A DNA stretch of 64,000 bases from Reyranella sp. (lineage in GTDB: Bacteria; Pseudomonadota; Alphaproteobacteria; Reyranellales; Reyranellaceae), in the NCBI GenBank assembly GCA_019745575.1, contig JAIETA010000198.1, forward strand, positions 9,031-73,030. Direction: 5' to 3'. The notes under the pieces are model-generated. The model saw only the letters and a list, made by a program, of their open reading frames with translations, searched no databases and was not told the origin of the DNA. Shown here in pieces: positions 8,782-17,874 of this stretch. The first letter of the stretch is position 1. The number at the start of each line of letters is the position of its first letter. Both the position numbers and the translations under genes were made by a program.

Positions 8782-10143
8782 GTGAAGCACCTGCCGCTGT
8801 TCTTCGACCTGGCCGGCCGCAGGCTGGTGGTGGTGGGCGAGGGGCCGGCCGCCGACCGCCGCGCCGATCTCGCCCGTTCGGCCGGCGCCGATGTGGTGCG
8901 GATCGCGGCCGAAGGCGCTCAGGCCGGCGATTTCCGTGGCGCCGTTGCGGCCTTCGTGGCGACCGGCGATCTCGACCGCGACACTGCCGTGCAGCGCCTG
9001 GCCAAGGCCGCGGGCGTGCCGGTCAACGTCGCCGACCGGCCGGCGCTCTGCGACTTCATCCTGCCGGCCATCGTCGATCGCGACGGCATCGTGGTCGCGA
9101 TCTCGACCGGCGGTGCCTCGCCGACGCTCGCCACCATTCTGCGCGGCCGCATCGAGGCCGCCTTGCCCGAGCGGCTGGGCGCGCTGGCCCGGCTCGCGGC
9201 GGCGTTCCGCGCCCAGGTGAACGCCTTGATTTCCGACCCGGCCCGCCGCCGCGCCTTCTGGCGTCGCCTGGTCGACGGTCCGGCGGCGCGTCTGGCGCTG
9301 GCCGGCGACGAGGCCGGAGCCCGGCGCGTGGCGCTGGGCGACCTCGACGCTGCCCGGCGGGCGATGGCGCCGGTCGGCATCGCGCACATCGTGGGGGCCG
9401 GTCCCGGCGATCCCGACCTGCTGACGCTTCGCGCCGCGCAGCTCCTCCAGGAAGCCGATGCCATCCTGCACGATGAACTCGTGCCGGCCGTCCTTCTCGC
9501 CCGCGCCCGCCGCGACGCCGAGATGATCGCCGTGGGCAAACGCAAGGGCAGTGCCGGATGGGCGCAGGCCGACATCGAACGCGAATTGGTGCGCCGCGTG
9601 CGCGCCGGCCAGACGGTGGTGCGACTGAAGGCGGGCGATCCCTTCATCTTCGGGCGCGGTGGCGAGGAGGTCGACGCCCTGCGCGCCGCCGGTCTGCCGG
9701 TGTCGATCGTTCCCGGCGTCACGGCCGCCCTGGGCTGCGCGGCGTCGGCCGGCATTCCCTTGACCCACCGGCGGCTGTCCTCGGCGGTCACCTTCGTGAG
9801 CGGTCATGGCGCGGATGGCCGGGAGGCGAGCTGGCCGTCGCTGGCCGCCGGACTAGGTGAAAGAGGGGACCACACCCTGGCGATCTACATGGGCGCCAGC
9901 GAAGCCGCCGCCGTGCGCGACCGCCTTCTGAACTCCGGCGCCAGTGCCGCGACACCGGTGGCCATCGTCGAGAACGGTACGCGAGCGGACGAACGGGTCT
10001 CGACCGGCCGCCTCGGTGACCTCGCCCGCCTCGCGGCAGCGCACACGGCGCGGCCCGACGCCGGACCCAGCCTGATCATCGTCGGCGATGTCGCGGCCCT
10101 TGCCGCCGTCGCCAGCTCGCCACCACTTGCAAAGGTGTCCTGA
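8782..10143 (+). CDS. cysG: Siroheme synthase (precorrin-2 dehydrogenase/sirohydrochlorin ferrochelatase + uroporphyrinogen-III C-methyltransferase)
   Basis: GTG start at VKHLPLFFDLAGRRLVVVGEG (compare E. coli CysG, MDHLPIF...VGGG). The C-terminal half has GAGPGDPDLLTL, GDPFIFGRGGEE and VPGVTAA of SUMT. Confidence 0.85.
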   Translation: MKHLPLFFDLAGRRLVVVGEGPAADRRADLARSAGADVVRIAAEGAQAGDFRGAVAAFVATGDLDRDTAVQRLAKAAGVPVNVADRPALCDFILPAIVDRDGIVVAISTGGASPTLATILRGRIEAALPERLGALARLAAAFRAQVNALISDPARRRAFWRRLVDGPAARLALAGDEAGARRVALGDLDAARRAMAPVGIAHIVGAGPGDPDLLTLRAAQLLQEADAILHDELVPAVLLARARRDAEMIAVGKRKGSAGWAQADIERELVRRVRAGQTVVRLKAGDPFIFGRGGEEVDALRAAGLPVSIVPGVTAALGCAASAGIPLTHRRLSSAVTFVSGHGADGREASWPSLAAGLGERGDHTLAIYMGASEAAAVRDRLLNSGASAATPVAIVENGTRADERVSTGRLGDLARLAAAHTARPDAGPSLIIVGDVAALAAVASSPPLAKVS

Positions 10144-10457
10144 TGGCCAAGAATCTCAGCGGCGACCTGCAGGTCGCCAGTGCCAACCGCCTGTCGGACG
10201 GCGTCGTGGTCTGGCTCGACGATGCCGGCGGCTGGACCGACCGGCTCGATCGCGCCGCGATCGCCCGCGACGGGCGCGGCGCCGACATTCTGCTGGCGCG
10301 CGCCCAGGCCGAGGCCTCTTCGGTGATCGATCCGTTCCTCGTGGCCGTCAGCGAGGGCCACGACGGTACGGTCGAGCCGCTCTCGCTGCGCGAACGGATC
10401 CGGGCCTCGGGGCTCACCTTCGACGCCATCGCCGCCGATGCGGTGCGTTATGCCTGA
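10143..10457 (+). CDS. DUF2849 domain protein (sulfite-reductase-associated)
   Basis: 104 aa. Its ATG overlaps the cysG stop (TGATG) and its stop overlaps the cysI ATG (ATGCCTGA). Its position between cysG and cysI is typical for this family in alphaproteobacteria. Confidence 0.6.
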   Translation: MAKNLSGDLQVASANRLSDGVVVWLDDAGGWTDRLDRAAIARDGRGADILLARAQAEASSVIDPFLVAVSEGHDGTVEPLSLRERIRASGLTFDAIAADAVRYA

Positions 10458-12141
10458 CACCCATTTCCATCGCCCCCAGCACTTCTACAAGTACGACGAC
10501 TATGATCGCACGCTCGTTGCCGAACGCGTCGAGCAGTTCCGCGACCAGGTGCGCCGCCGTCTGGCCGGCGAGCTGACCGAGGAGCAATTCAAGCCGCTCC
10601 GGCTGACCAACGGGCTTTACCTGCAGCTCCACGCTTACATGCTGCGGATCGCCATTCCCTACGGCACCCTGTCGGCGCGCCAGCTGCGCCAGCTCGCCGA
10701 CATCTCGCGCAAGTACGACCGCGGCTATGGTCATTTCACCACCCGGCAGAACCTGCAGCTCAACTGGATCAAGCTCGAAGACGCACCCGATGCGCTCGCG
10801 GCCCTGGCCGAAGTCGACATGCATGCGCTGCAGACATCGGGCAACTGCATCCGCAACGTCACCGCCGATCACTTCGCCGGCGCGGCGGCGGACGAGATCG
10901 AGGACCCGCGCATCTGGGCGGAGATCGTGCGCCAATGGTCGACGCTCCATCCCGAGTTCACCTTCCTGCCGCGCAAGTTCAAGATCGCGATCACCGGCTC
11001 GCCCAACGACCGCGCCGCGGTTCGCGTGCACGACATCGGGCTTCGCCTGTGGCGCAATGCCGAAGGTGAGGTCGGCTTCGAGGTGATCGTGGGCGGCGGC
11101 CTTGGCCGCACGCCGATGATCGGCAAGACGCTGCGCGAGTTCCTTCCGAAGAAGGACCTGCTCGCCTACCTCGAGGCGACGTTGCGCGTCTACAACCGCT
11201 ACGGCCGGCGCGACAATCTCTACAAGGCGCGCATCAAGATCTTGGTGCACGAGGTCGGTGTCGAGAAGATGCGCGCCGACGTCGAAGCCGAGTTCGCCGC
11301 GACCCGCGACGGATTGCTGGGCTTGAGCGACGAAACCATCGAGGCCATCGCGCGTCAGTTCGCGCCACCCGATCTGCCGGCGCGACCGGATCGGGTGGGC
11401 GCCGTCGAGAGGCTGAAGCTGGAAGACCGTGACTTCGCTTTGTGGCTGAAATCCAATGTCGCGCCGCATCGCGCAAGCGGCTACGCGATCGTGACCGCGT
11501 CGCTGAAACCGGCCGGCGCGCCGCCGGGCGACGCCAGCGCCGTCCAGATGGAGGGCCTAGCCGACATCGCCGAAAGCTTCAGCCAGGCCGAACTGCGCGT
11601 CAGCCACGAACAGAACATCGTCCTGCCGCATGTCGCGGTCGAGGATCTGCCGGCCGTCTACCGCGCGCTGGGCCAGCTCGGCTTCGCCGAAGCCAATGTC
11701 GGCAAGATCACCGACATCATCGCCTGCCCCGGCCTCGACTATTGCGCGCTGGCCAACGCCCGCTCGATTCCGGTGGCGCAACGCATCTCCCGCCATTTCG
11801 CCAGCCTGGCGCGGCAGCACGACATCGGCGATCTGAAGATCAAGATCTCGGGCTGCATCAATGCCTGCGGCCACCATCATGTCGGCCATATCGGCATCCT
11901 GGGCGTCGACAAGAACGGCGTCGAACTCTACCAGATCAGCCTGGGCGGCGATGTCGACTTCGGCAACACCGCGCTTGGCACCATCCTCGGGCCCGCCGTT
12001 ACGGCCGACAGGGTCGTCGAGGCCGTCGACTCGCTCGTCGCGACCTACCTCGACCTCCGCGCCGCGGGCGAGCGCTTCGTCGAGACCTTCCGGCGTATCG
12101 GCGCCGAGCCGTTCAAGGACCGCATGTATGCCGCTCTTTAG
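10450..12141 (+). CDS. cysI: Nitrite/sulfite reductase hemoprotein (assimilatory sulfite reductase, CysI-like)
   Basis: About 563 aa. It has NiR/SiR ferredoxin-like repeats and the siroheme/4Fe-4S cysteine motifs TSGNCIRN, ACPGLDYCALA and SGCINACGHH. Confidence 0.85.
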   Translation: MPDTHFHRPQHFYKYDDYDRTLVAERVEQFRDQVRRRLAGELTEEQFKPLRLTNGLYLQLHAYMLRIAIPYGTLSARQLRQLADISRKYDRGYGHFTTRQNLQLNWIKLEDAPDALAALAEVDMHALQTSGNCIRNVTADHFAGAAADEIEDPRIWAEIVRQWSTLHPEFTFLPRKFKIAITGSPNDRAAVRVHDIGLRLWRNAEGEVGFEVIVGGGLGRTPMIGKTLREFLPKKDLLAYLEATLRVYNRYGRRDNLYKARIKILVHEVGVEKMRADVEAEFAATRDGLLGLSDETIEAIARQFAPPDLPARPDRVGAVERLKLEDRDFALWLKSNVAPHRASGYAIVTASLKPAGAPPGDASAVQMEGLADIAESFSQAELRVSHEQNIVLPHVAVEDLPAVYRALGQLGFAEANVGKITDIIACPGLDYCALANARSIPVAQRISRHFASLARQHDIGDLKIKISGCINACGHHHVGHIGILGVDKNGVELYQISLGGDVDFGNTALGTILGPAVTADRVVEAVDSLVATYLDLRAAGERFVETFRRIGAEPFKDRMYAAL

Positions 12142-12652
12142 GGAAGGAGGCCCCGCCGGCCTCGTCGTCGACGATCCGTGGCTGCGGCTTGCCGACGATG
12201 CCGCGGTTCCGGCCGATGGCATGGTGCTGGTGAGCTTTGGGCGCTGGCGCGCCGCGCGTGCCGCGTTGCTCGCCCGCCGCGGGCCGGTCGGCGTGGCGCT
12301 TGCCAACACCGATCCGGTCGAGGCGCTGGGCCCGGACGTGTCGCGGTTCGATCTGGTCGTGCTGCACTTTCCCAAGTTCAGCGACGGCCGCGCCTACAGC
12401 CAGGCGCGCCTGCTGCGCGGGCGCCTTGGCTACCAGGGCGAGCTGCGGGCGACCGGCGGCGTCCTTCAGGACCAGATCCCCTTCATGTTGCGCTGCGGCT
12501 TCGACTCGTTCGAAAGCGACCAGAAGGGCTTCGGCGAGGCGTTGGCGAAGGCGCGCACGCTCTTCAGCGTCGTCTATCAGCCGACCGAAGACGGTCGCGC
12601 GCCGGCTTCGGTGCTGCGGCAGCGCGTGACAGAGGTTGTTCCGGTCCGCTAG
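12128..12652 (+). CDS. DUF934 domain protein (sulfite-reductase-associated)
   Basis: 174 aa starting at MPLFREGG. It overlaps the cysI 3' end by 14 nt. It has DGRAYSQARLLR...GYQGELRATGGVLQDQIPFMLRCGFDSF, typical of DUF934. Confidence 0.6.
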   Translation: MPLFREGGPAGLVVDDPWLRLADDAAVPADGMVLVSFGRWRAARAALLARRGPVGVALANTDPVEALGPDVSRFDLVVLHFPKFSDGRAYSQARLLRGRLGYQGELRATGGVLQDQIPFMLRCGFDSFESDQKGFGEALAKARTLFSVVYQPTEDGRAPASVLRQRVTEVVPVR

Positions 12653-12695
12653 GTTTCCCGACAGAGCCGGGATCACACCGGCGGAGGGAACGGCC

Positions 12696-14279
12696 ATGGT
12701 CAAGGGAGCGATGCGCTCTGTCGTGGCGTTGGCGATCGGTGTCGGCCTGACGCTGGCGCCGGCTTCGGCGCAGACGCTGGTCAACATCCGCACGCAGGAC
12801 GCGCCGAAGTACGATCCGCACAGCAACACGTCGAGCGGCATGGGCCACCCGATGTTCATGATGGGCGACACGCTGGTGGCGCTCGACTGGGATCTCAAGG
12901 GCGTTCATCCGCTGCTCGCCAGGTCGTGGACCATCTCTGACGACAAGCTCACCTACACTTTCAAGCTGCGCGACGACGTCACTTTCTGCAGCGGCAAGAA
13001 GTTCACCGCCGCCGATGTCGTCTACTCCTTCACGCGGCTGTCCGACCCCTCGGCCAGGTGGCCTTTCTACTGGCGGCTGGGCGAGATCGAGAGTCTGGCG
13101 GCGCCCGATCCCTACACGGTGGTCTACAAACTGAAGCGGCCGCATTCGGAATTGCTGGTCGACCTCGCGAATTTTGCCGCCACCATCATCAACAAGGACA
13201 ACGTCGAGACGCTGGGCGCCGACTTCGGCGTAAAAGGCTTCGATGGCACGGGGCCGCTGTGCTGGGAGAGCTGGCAGCCCCGCAAGGAACTCGTGCTGAA
13301 ACGCCACGACGCCTACAAGTGGGCGCCGACCGGCATGTATGCCAACAAGGGGCCGGTGAAATACGAGCGCATGATCTGGCGCATCGTGCCGGAAGAGACG
13401 ACACGCATCGCCACCATGCTTTCCGGTCAGGCCGACTTCTGCCACTGGAACCCGCTGCAGGCGATCGACAGTTTCCGCAAGGCGCCCAATCTGGCGGTCT
13501 ACGAGCCGACGGCCGACTTCTCGATGTACTACTGGGCCTTCAAGAGCACGCGCGAGAACGTCGCCGACAAGCGCGTCCGCCAGGCCCTTGCCCACCTCGT
13601 CGACCGCGAGGAGATCAACAAGGCGATCTTCTTCGGCCAGGCCGAGACCGCGCGCTCGCTGGTCCATCCCAAGTCGCTCGATTTCGAACCGGCGACCCTG
13701 GACGTTCTGACAAAGCGCGATCCCGAGAAATCCCGGAAGCTGCTCGACGAGGCGGGCTGGACGCTCGGACCCGACGGCTTTCGCTACAAGGACGGCAAGA
13801 AGCTTGAGCTGCTGATGTACTCCTACACCGTGGGCCAGAACCCCAAGCTGTCGGAAGTGCTGCAGGGCGCGGCGCGGACCGTCGGCATCGACATAAAGAT
13901 CCAGACCTGGGATCCCACGGTGTTCTTCCAGAAGATCGCCCAGCAGGACTACGACATGTGGACCCTGTCGGTGCCCTACACCTCGGCCGGCGACCAGATG
14001 TACCTCTACTACCACTCGAAGAACCGGCCGGTGCCGAACCGCATGATGTGGAACGACCCCGAGACCGACCGGCTTCTCGACGCGGGACGGACCGCCACGA
14101 CCGATGCCGACCGCGAGAAGTACTTCAAGGAGGTACAGCGCAAGATGCACGACGAGGCCCTGATGATCCCGTCGGCCCATTCGCGGCTCTTCCTGGTCGC
14201 CAAGAAGTCGATCAAGAACGTCCGCGCCCACGGCATCTACAGCGCCGCGCTCTACAAGGGCATCGACCTGCAGCCTTAA
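12696..14279 (+). CDS. ABC transporter substrate-binding protein, family 5 (peptide/nickel/opine type)
   Basis: Starts at MVKGAMRSVVALAIGVGLTLAPASAQ (signal peptide) with GGAGGGA upstream. It is about 527 aa with an SBP_bac_5-like layout. No permease or ATPase gene is adjacent. Confidence 0.8.
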   Translation: MVKGAMRSVVALAIGVGLTLAPASAQTLVNIRTQDAPKYDPHSNTSSGMGHPMFMMGDTLVALDWDLKGVHPLLARSWTISDDKLTYTFKLRDDVTFCSGKKFTAADVVYSFTRLSDPSARWPFYWRLGEIESLAAPDPYTVVYKLKRPHSELLVDLANFAATIINKDNVETLGADFGVKGFDGTGPLCWESWQPRKELVLKRHDAYKWAPTGMYANKGPVKYERMIWRIVPEETTRIATMLSGQADFCHWNPLQAIDSFRKAPNLAVYEPTADFSMYYWAFKSTRENVADKRVRQALAHLVDREEINKAIFFGQAETARSLVHPKSLDFEPATLDVLTKRDPEKSRKLLDEAGWTLGPDGFRYKDGKKLELLMYSYTVGQNPKLSEVLQGAARTVGIDIKIQTWDPTVFFQKIAQQDYDMWTLSVPYTSAGDQMYLYYHSKNRPVPNRMMWNDPETDRLLDAGRTATTDADREKYFKEVQRKMHDEALMIPSAHSRLFLVAKKSIKNVRAHGIYSAALYKGIDLQP

Positions 14280-14839
14280 CGCTGCCAGACCGCGGTCCAG
14301 AGGCCGGGGTAGTCGAGGACGAACCCGGCCTCGGACACTTCGAGGATGTCGTCGTAGGCGTACACCGAGGCGGTGTAGGCGTAGCGCGCGTGGTCGAGAC
14401 GCCGGTAGGTCTGCTGCAGACGGTCCATTTTGAGGTCTGGAAAGACCAGATAGGCCGCGGGCGCGGGGACGGCCGGGCCACCCAGTGGCGGCGCCAGACG
14501 GCGCAGAGCCAGCAGGTTGGTTGCCGGCGTGAAGGCGAGATCGACGTCAACGCAGCCTGTGACCAGCGGCTGCGGGACGCCGTTCAGGGTCCAGGCTCCG
14601 GAGGGCGATGCCTCGATGGTGATGTCGATCGCGGTATCGCCGCGCCAGCCCCGGACGTGCGCGGACCGGGTGCGCCATTGATCGTCGCAGATCACCTCGT
14701 AGCTGGCCGCGCTGCCAACGCCTTCCTCGACAAAGGCGGCCGCGCCGACAAGACGCCAGCCATCCTCCTCGCGGACGAGACGGCAGGCATCGTGGCCCCC
14801 GGCGTCGAGGCGCCGCCAGAGGATCGCGGCCTCCGTCAT
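14276..14839 (-). CDS. Putative glycolipid-binding protein family (DUF1089-like)
   Basis: 187 aa starting at MTEAAILWRRLD. It has GCVDVDLAFTPATNLLALRRL and VLDYPGLW, as recalled for this family. Its start overlaps the ogt stop by 4 nt. Confidence 0.5.
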   Translation of the reverse strand: MTEAAILWRRLDAGGHDACRLVREEDGWRLVGAAAFVEEGVGSAASYEVICDDQWRTRSAHVRGWRGDTAIDITIEASPSGAWTLNGVPQPLVTGCVDVDLAFTPATNLLALRRLAPPLGGPAVPAPAAYLVFPDLKMDRLQQTYRRLDHARYAYTASVYAYDDILEVSEAGFVLDYPGLWTAVWQR

Positions 14840-15366
14840 GAACCGGATCCGAGCGCACCCTCGTGCTCCAGCAGCCACTGCTTGCGCGGCAGGCCGCCGC
14901 CATAGCCGGTGAGGCTGCCGTCCGAGCCGATCACGCGATGGCAGGGGACCACGATGCTGACGGGATTCTGCCCGTTGGCGAGGCCGGCGGCCCGCACGGC
15001 GCGCGGTCGTCCAATGCGCTTTGCGAGTTCGGCGTAGCTCATCGTCTTGCCGCCGCGGATCTTGCGAAGCGCCCGCCACACACTGGTCTGGAACGGCGTG
15101 CCTGCCGTCTCGACCGGCAGGCCGTCGATCACCGAGATATCGCCCTTGAAGTAGGCCCGCATCGCCCGCGTGAGGCCGCCCGGGTCGCGCGCCGCCGTGA
15201 GCGTGTAGGCGCCCTTGCCGTACTGGCGGTCGAGCAGCTGGCGCATGCGCGCCTCGTGGTCGGTCCAGTCGATGGTGCGCAGCCTGCCCGCGCGGTCCAC
15301 GACGATCAGCAGTTCGCCGATCGGCGTTGCCAGCCGGTCGATGAGGAAATCGAATTGCTCAGCCAT
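14836..15366 (-). CDS. ogt: Methylated-DNA--protein-cysteine methyltransferase
   Basis: 176 aa. It has the active-site motif PCHRVIG plus TPFQTSVWRALRKI and NPVSIVVPCHRV. Confidence 0.9.
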   Translation of the reverse strand: MAEQFDFLIDRLATPIGELLIVVDRAGRLRTIDWTDHEARMRQLLDRQYGKGAYTLTAARDPGGLTRAMRAYFKGDISVIDGLPVETAGTPFQTSVWRALRKIRGGKTMSYAELAKRIGRPRAVRAAGLANGQNPVSIVVPCHRVIGSDGSLTGYGGGLPRKQWLLEHEGALGSGS

Positions 15367-16426
15367 GTTTCGCCATCCGGAGGTGTTGCAGGGCGTAAGC
15401 GTGCCAGGGCCGCCACGAACGCGGCGTGTTGTTGTCGATGTCCGAGACGATCGTCTCGCGTTCCCAGTCGCCCGGCGCGCGCAGGCCGGGCCGGCGGGCG
15501 ACCAGCGGCGCGAGCCTGGGGTCGCCCGCCAGGTGGGTATCGATGGTGGCGATGTCTGCGCCGAGGTCGAACACGCGCCGTACGCGCGCCACGATCGCAG
15601 GCAACGCCTTCACCGACGGGAAGCGGATCGTCACCGCTACAGAGTTTCGTGCCGGCAAATGGGCGACCGCCACGGTCCCTTCGATGCCCTCGAGCTCGAT
15701 CCGTCGATGCCAGACGTCGTCCTCGATCCATTCCTTGCGCGCGGCGGCCCGCGCGGCGAGCGCGGCCAGCATGCCGGGCCAGTCGTAGGGCGGCCGATAG
15801 GCAAGCCTCAACGTGACGCCGTCGCGCGCCGAGGTGTCGACGCCGGCCCCTTGTCCCTTGCGATGGCGGCGAAGCGCGCTCGGCGGCCGGTCGAACAGGC
15901 CGCGGAAGGTTTCGTTGAAGCGCCGCACGCTGCCGAACCCGGCCGACAGCGCCACTTCGGCCATCGGCAGCCGGGTATCGTGCAGGAGCTGCTTGGCGAA
16001 CAGCACGCGTCGAGTCTGTGCGACAGCGATGGGCGAGGCGCCGAGATGCTGCCTGAACAGCCGGCGCAGTTGCCGGCCACCGACGCCCAGACGTTCGGCC
16101 AGCGCCTCGACGCCGGCATCGTCCTCGTCCAGCGCCCCGTCGGCGATCAGCGCCAGCGCCCGGTTCACGGTATTGGCGGTTCCGCGCCAGAAAGCGAGGT
16201 CCGGCGCGATCTCGGGCCGGCAGCGCAGGCAGGGCCGAAATCCCGCCTCCTGCGCGGCGGCGGCCGAGGCGAAGAACCGGCAGTTCTCGAACTTCGGCGT
16301 GCGCGCCGGGCAGATCGGCCGGCAGTAGATTCCGGTCGAGGTGACGCCGACGAAAACACGGCCGTCGAAGCGCGCATCGTGGGTCTGGAACGCGCGGTAG
16401 TAGGTCCTGCGATCGAGCAACTCCAT
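15359..16426 (-). CDS. Ada-type methylphosphotriester-sensing AraC-family regulator fused to an AlkA N-terminal-like domain (glycosylase core apparently missing)
   Basis: 355 aa starting at MELLDRRTYY. It has an Ada Zn-binding region (GIYCRPICPAR...FRPCLRCRP), an AraC HTH (...GFGSVRRFNETFR) and an AlkA_N-like segment ending RRPGLRAPGDW. It then runs directly into RSWRPWHAYALQHL. It overlaps the ogt start by 8 nt. Confidence 0.7.
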   Translation of the reverse strand: MELLDRRTYYRAFQTHDARFDGRVFVGVTSTGIYCRPICPARTPKFENCRFFASAAAAQEAGFRPCLRCRPEIAPDLAFWRGTANTVNRALALIADGALDEDDAGVEALAERLGVGGRQLRRLFRQHLGASPIAVAQTRRVLFAKQLLHDTRLPMAEVALSAGFGSVRRFNETFRGLFDRPPSALRRHRKGQGAGVDTSARDGVTLRLAYRPPYDWPGMLAALAARAAARKEWIEDDVWHRRIELEGIEGTVAVAHLPARNSVAVTIRFPSVKALPAIVARVRRVFDLGADIATIDTHLAGDPRLAPLVARRPGLRAPGDWERETIVSDIDNNTPRSWRPWHAYALQHLRMAKHG

Positions 16427-16554
16427 GGCTTCACACTTGCACAGGCGCGCGATTTCCGCTGGCGGTTTTCGGACGTTGAAGAAAGAGGCATTGGCCGACC
16501 GCGCGAAGCATGATCCTGCCGCCCCGACATCGCAGGACCTGCCCGCAGCGAATG

Positions 16555-17334
16555 CTAGGCCGCGGTCTTTCTTTTCACCAGCGCCTCGCCGAACGCCTTG
16601 AACAGGGCTCGGTTGATGGGATTGCTCTGCGGGTCGTATTCGGCGTGCCACTGGACGCCGAGCGCGAAGGCGGGGGCGTCGGTGATGCAGATCGCCTCGA
16701 TGGTGCCGTCTTCGGCGACGCCTTCTACGCCCACCCGCCCGCCGGGTTCCAGGATGCCCTGGCCGTGCAGCGAGTTGACGCGGATGCGGTCGCGGCCGAG
16801 CAGCCTGGCGAAGACGCCGTCCTTGGCCAGCTGGACTTCGTGCCGGTCGGCGAAAACCACCTCGGGGTCGGGATGGATCTCGCCGTTCTCCAGCCGAGGC
16901 ATGCGATGGTTCATGCGGCCCGGCAGGTCGCGGATCTCCGGATGGAGCGAACCGCCGAAGGCCACGTTCATCTCCTGCAGGCCGCGGCAGATGCCGAACA
17001 GCGGCACGCCGCGCTCGACACAGGCCTTGATCAGCGACAGCGCCATGGCGTCGCGACTCTGGTCGTAGGGCTCGTGTCGGGCATCGGGTTCGACGCCGAA
17101 GCAGGTCGGATGCACGTTGGCGCGCGCCCCGGTGAGAAGCACGCCGTCGACGGCGTCGAGCAGGGCGTCGACGTCGGTGATGTCCGGCGTGCCGGCGAAC
17201 ATCAGCGGCAGGGCACCGGCAACTTCGGCGACCGCCCTGAGATTGCGCTGTCCGACGATCTGCACGTTGTGTCGGTCATTGATGACCTGGGCACTGCCGA
17301 TGACGCCGACTACCGGTCTTGCCTTGCCAGCCAT
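16555..17334 (-). CDS. Gamma-glutamyl-GABA hydrolase-like class I glutamine amidotransferase (PuuD / peptidase C26 family)
   Basis: 259 aa. It has the nucleophile elbow GICRGLQEMNVAFGG and the downstream VQWHAE histidine motif. Confidence 0.8.
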   Translation of the reverse strand: MAGKARPVVGVIGSAQVINDRHNVQIVGQRNLRAVAEVAGALPLMFAGTPDITDVDALLDAVDGVLLTGARANVHPTCFGVEPDARHEPYDQSRDAMALSLIKACVERGVPLFGICRGLQEMNVAFGGSLHPEIRDLPGRMNHRMPRLENGEIHPDPEVVFADRHEVQLAKDGVFARLLGRDRIRVNSLHGQGILEPGGRVGVEGVAEDGTIEAICITDAPAFALGVQWHAEYDPQSNPINRALFKAFGEALVKRKTAA

Positions 17335-17489
17335 TGACGTTCGTTGTTGAAAACCCTGGTGGACCCAGAACTAGGCCCATTTCGCGCAAAGCGCAAAGGG
17401 CACGGCCTGCCGCGCCGGTTCGGCCGGCACCGAAGCGACGGCCGGCGAGCCTTCCCTATGTTGCTGCGCCCAACCCACGGAGAAGCGAA

Positions 17490-17801
17490 ATGACCGATCT
17501 TCATGCTCTGACCGACGGCCTTGTGGTGACGGCGTTCTGGGAGGCGCAGCCGGGGCAGGAGGGCGCCATAGCCGGGCTGCTGCGGCGGTTCCTGCCCCAG
17601 GCGCAACGGGAGGCGGGCGTCCAGGCCTTCCAGATCCATCAGTCGCTGACCGAACCGGAAAAGTTCTTCTTCTACGAAGTCTTCAATGACGAGGCGGCCT
17701 TCGCCGCCCACCAGCAGACGGAGCACTTCAAGACCCTGATCCTCGCTCAGGCCCTGCCCAAGCTGGCCAAGCGGGAACGGACCCAGCACAGGTTCGTGTG
17801 A
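17490..17801 (+). CDS. Antibiotic biosynthesis monooxygenase (ABM) domain protein
   Basis: 103 aa starting at MTDLHAL with GGAGAAG upstream. It has FFFYEVFNDEAAFAAHQQTEHFK, typical of the ABM ferredoxin-like fold. Confidence 0.7.
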   Translation: MTDLHALTDGLVVTAFWEAQPGQEGAIAGLLRRFLPQAQREAGVQAFQIHQSLTEPEKFFFYEVFNDEAAFAAHQQTEHFKTLILAQALPKLAKRERTQHRFV

Positions 17802-17874
17802 AGGGTCGCATCGCCGGGTGCCACGAATTCTCGCAAGCTGATAGGGTGCGGCCTTTCCGCAGCGAAAGGCCACC

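Noticed and set aside
16427-16554. An Ada-box operator upstream of the ada-like gene.
   Set aside because: The only AAT…GCAA pair I found has an 11-nt spacer rather than the 6 nt or so of the E. coli consensus. I cannot support an operator call.
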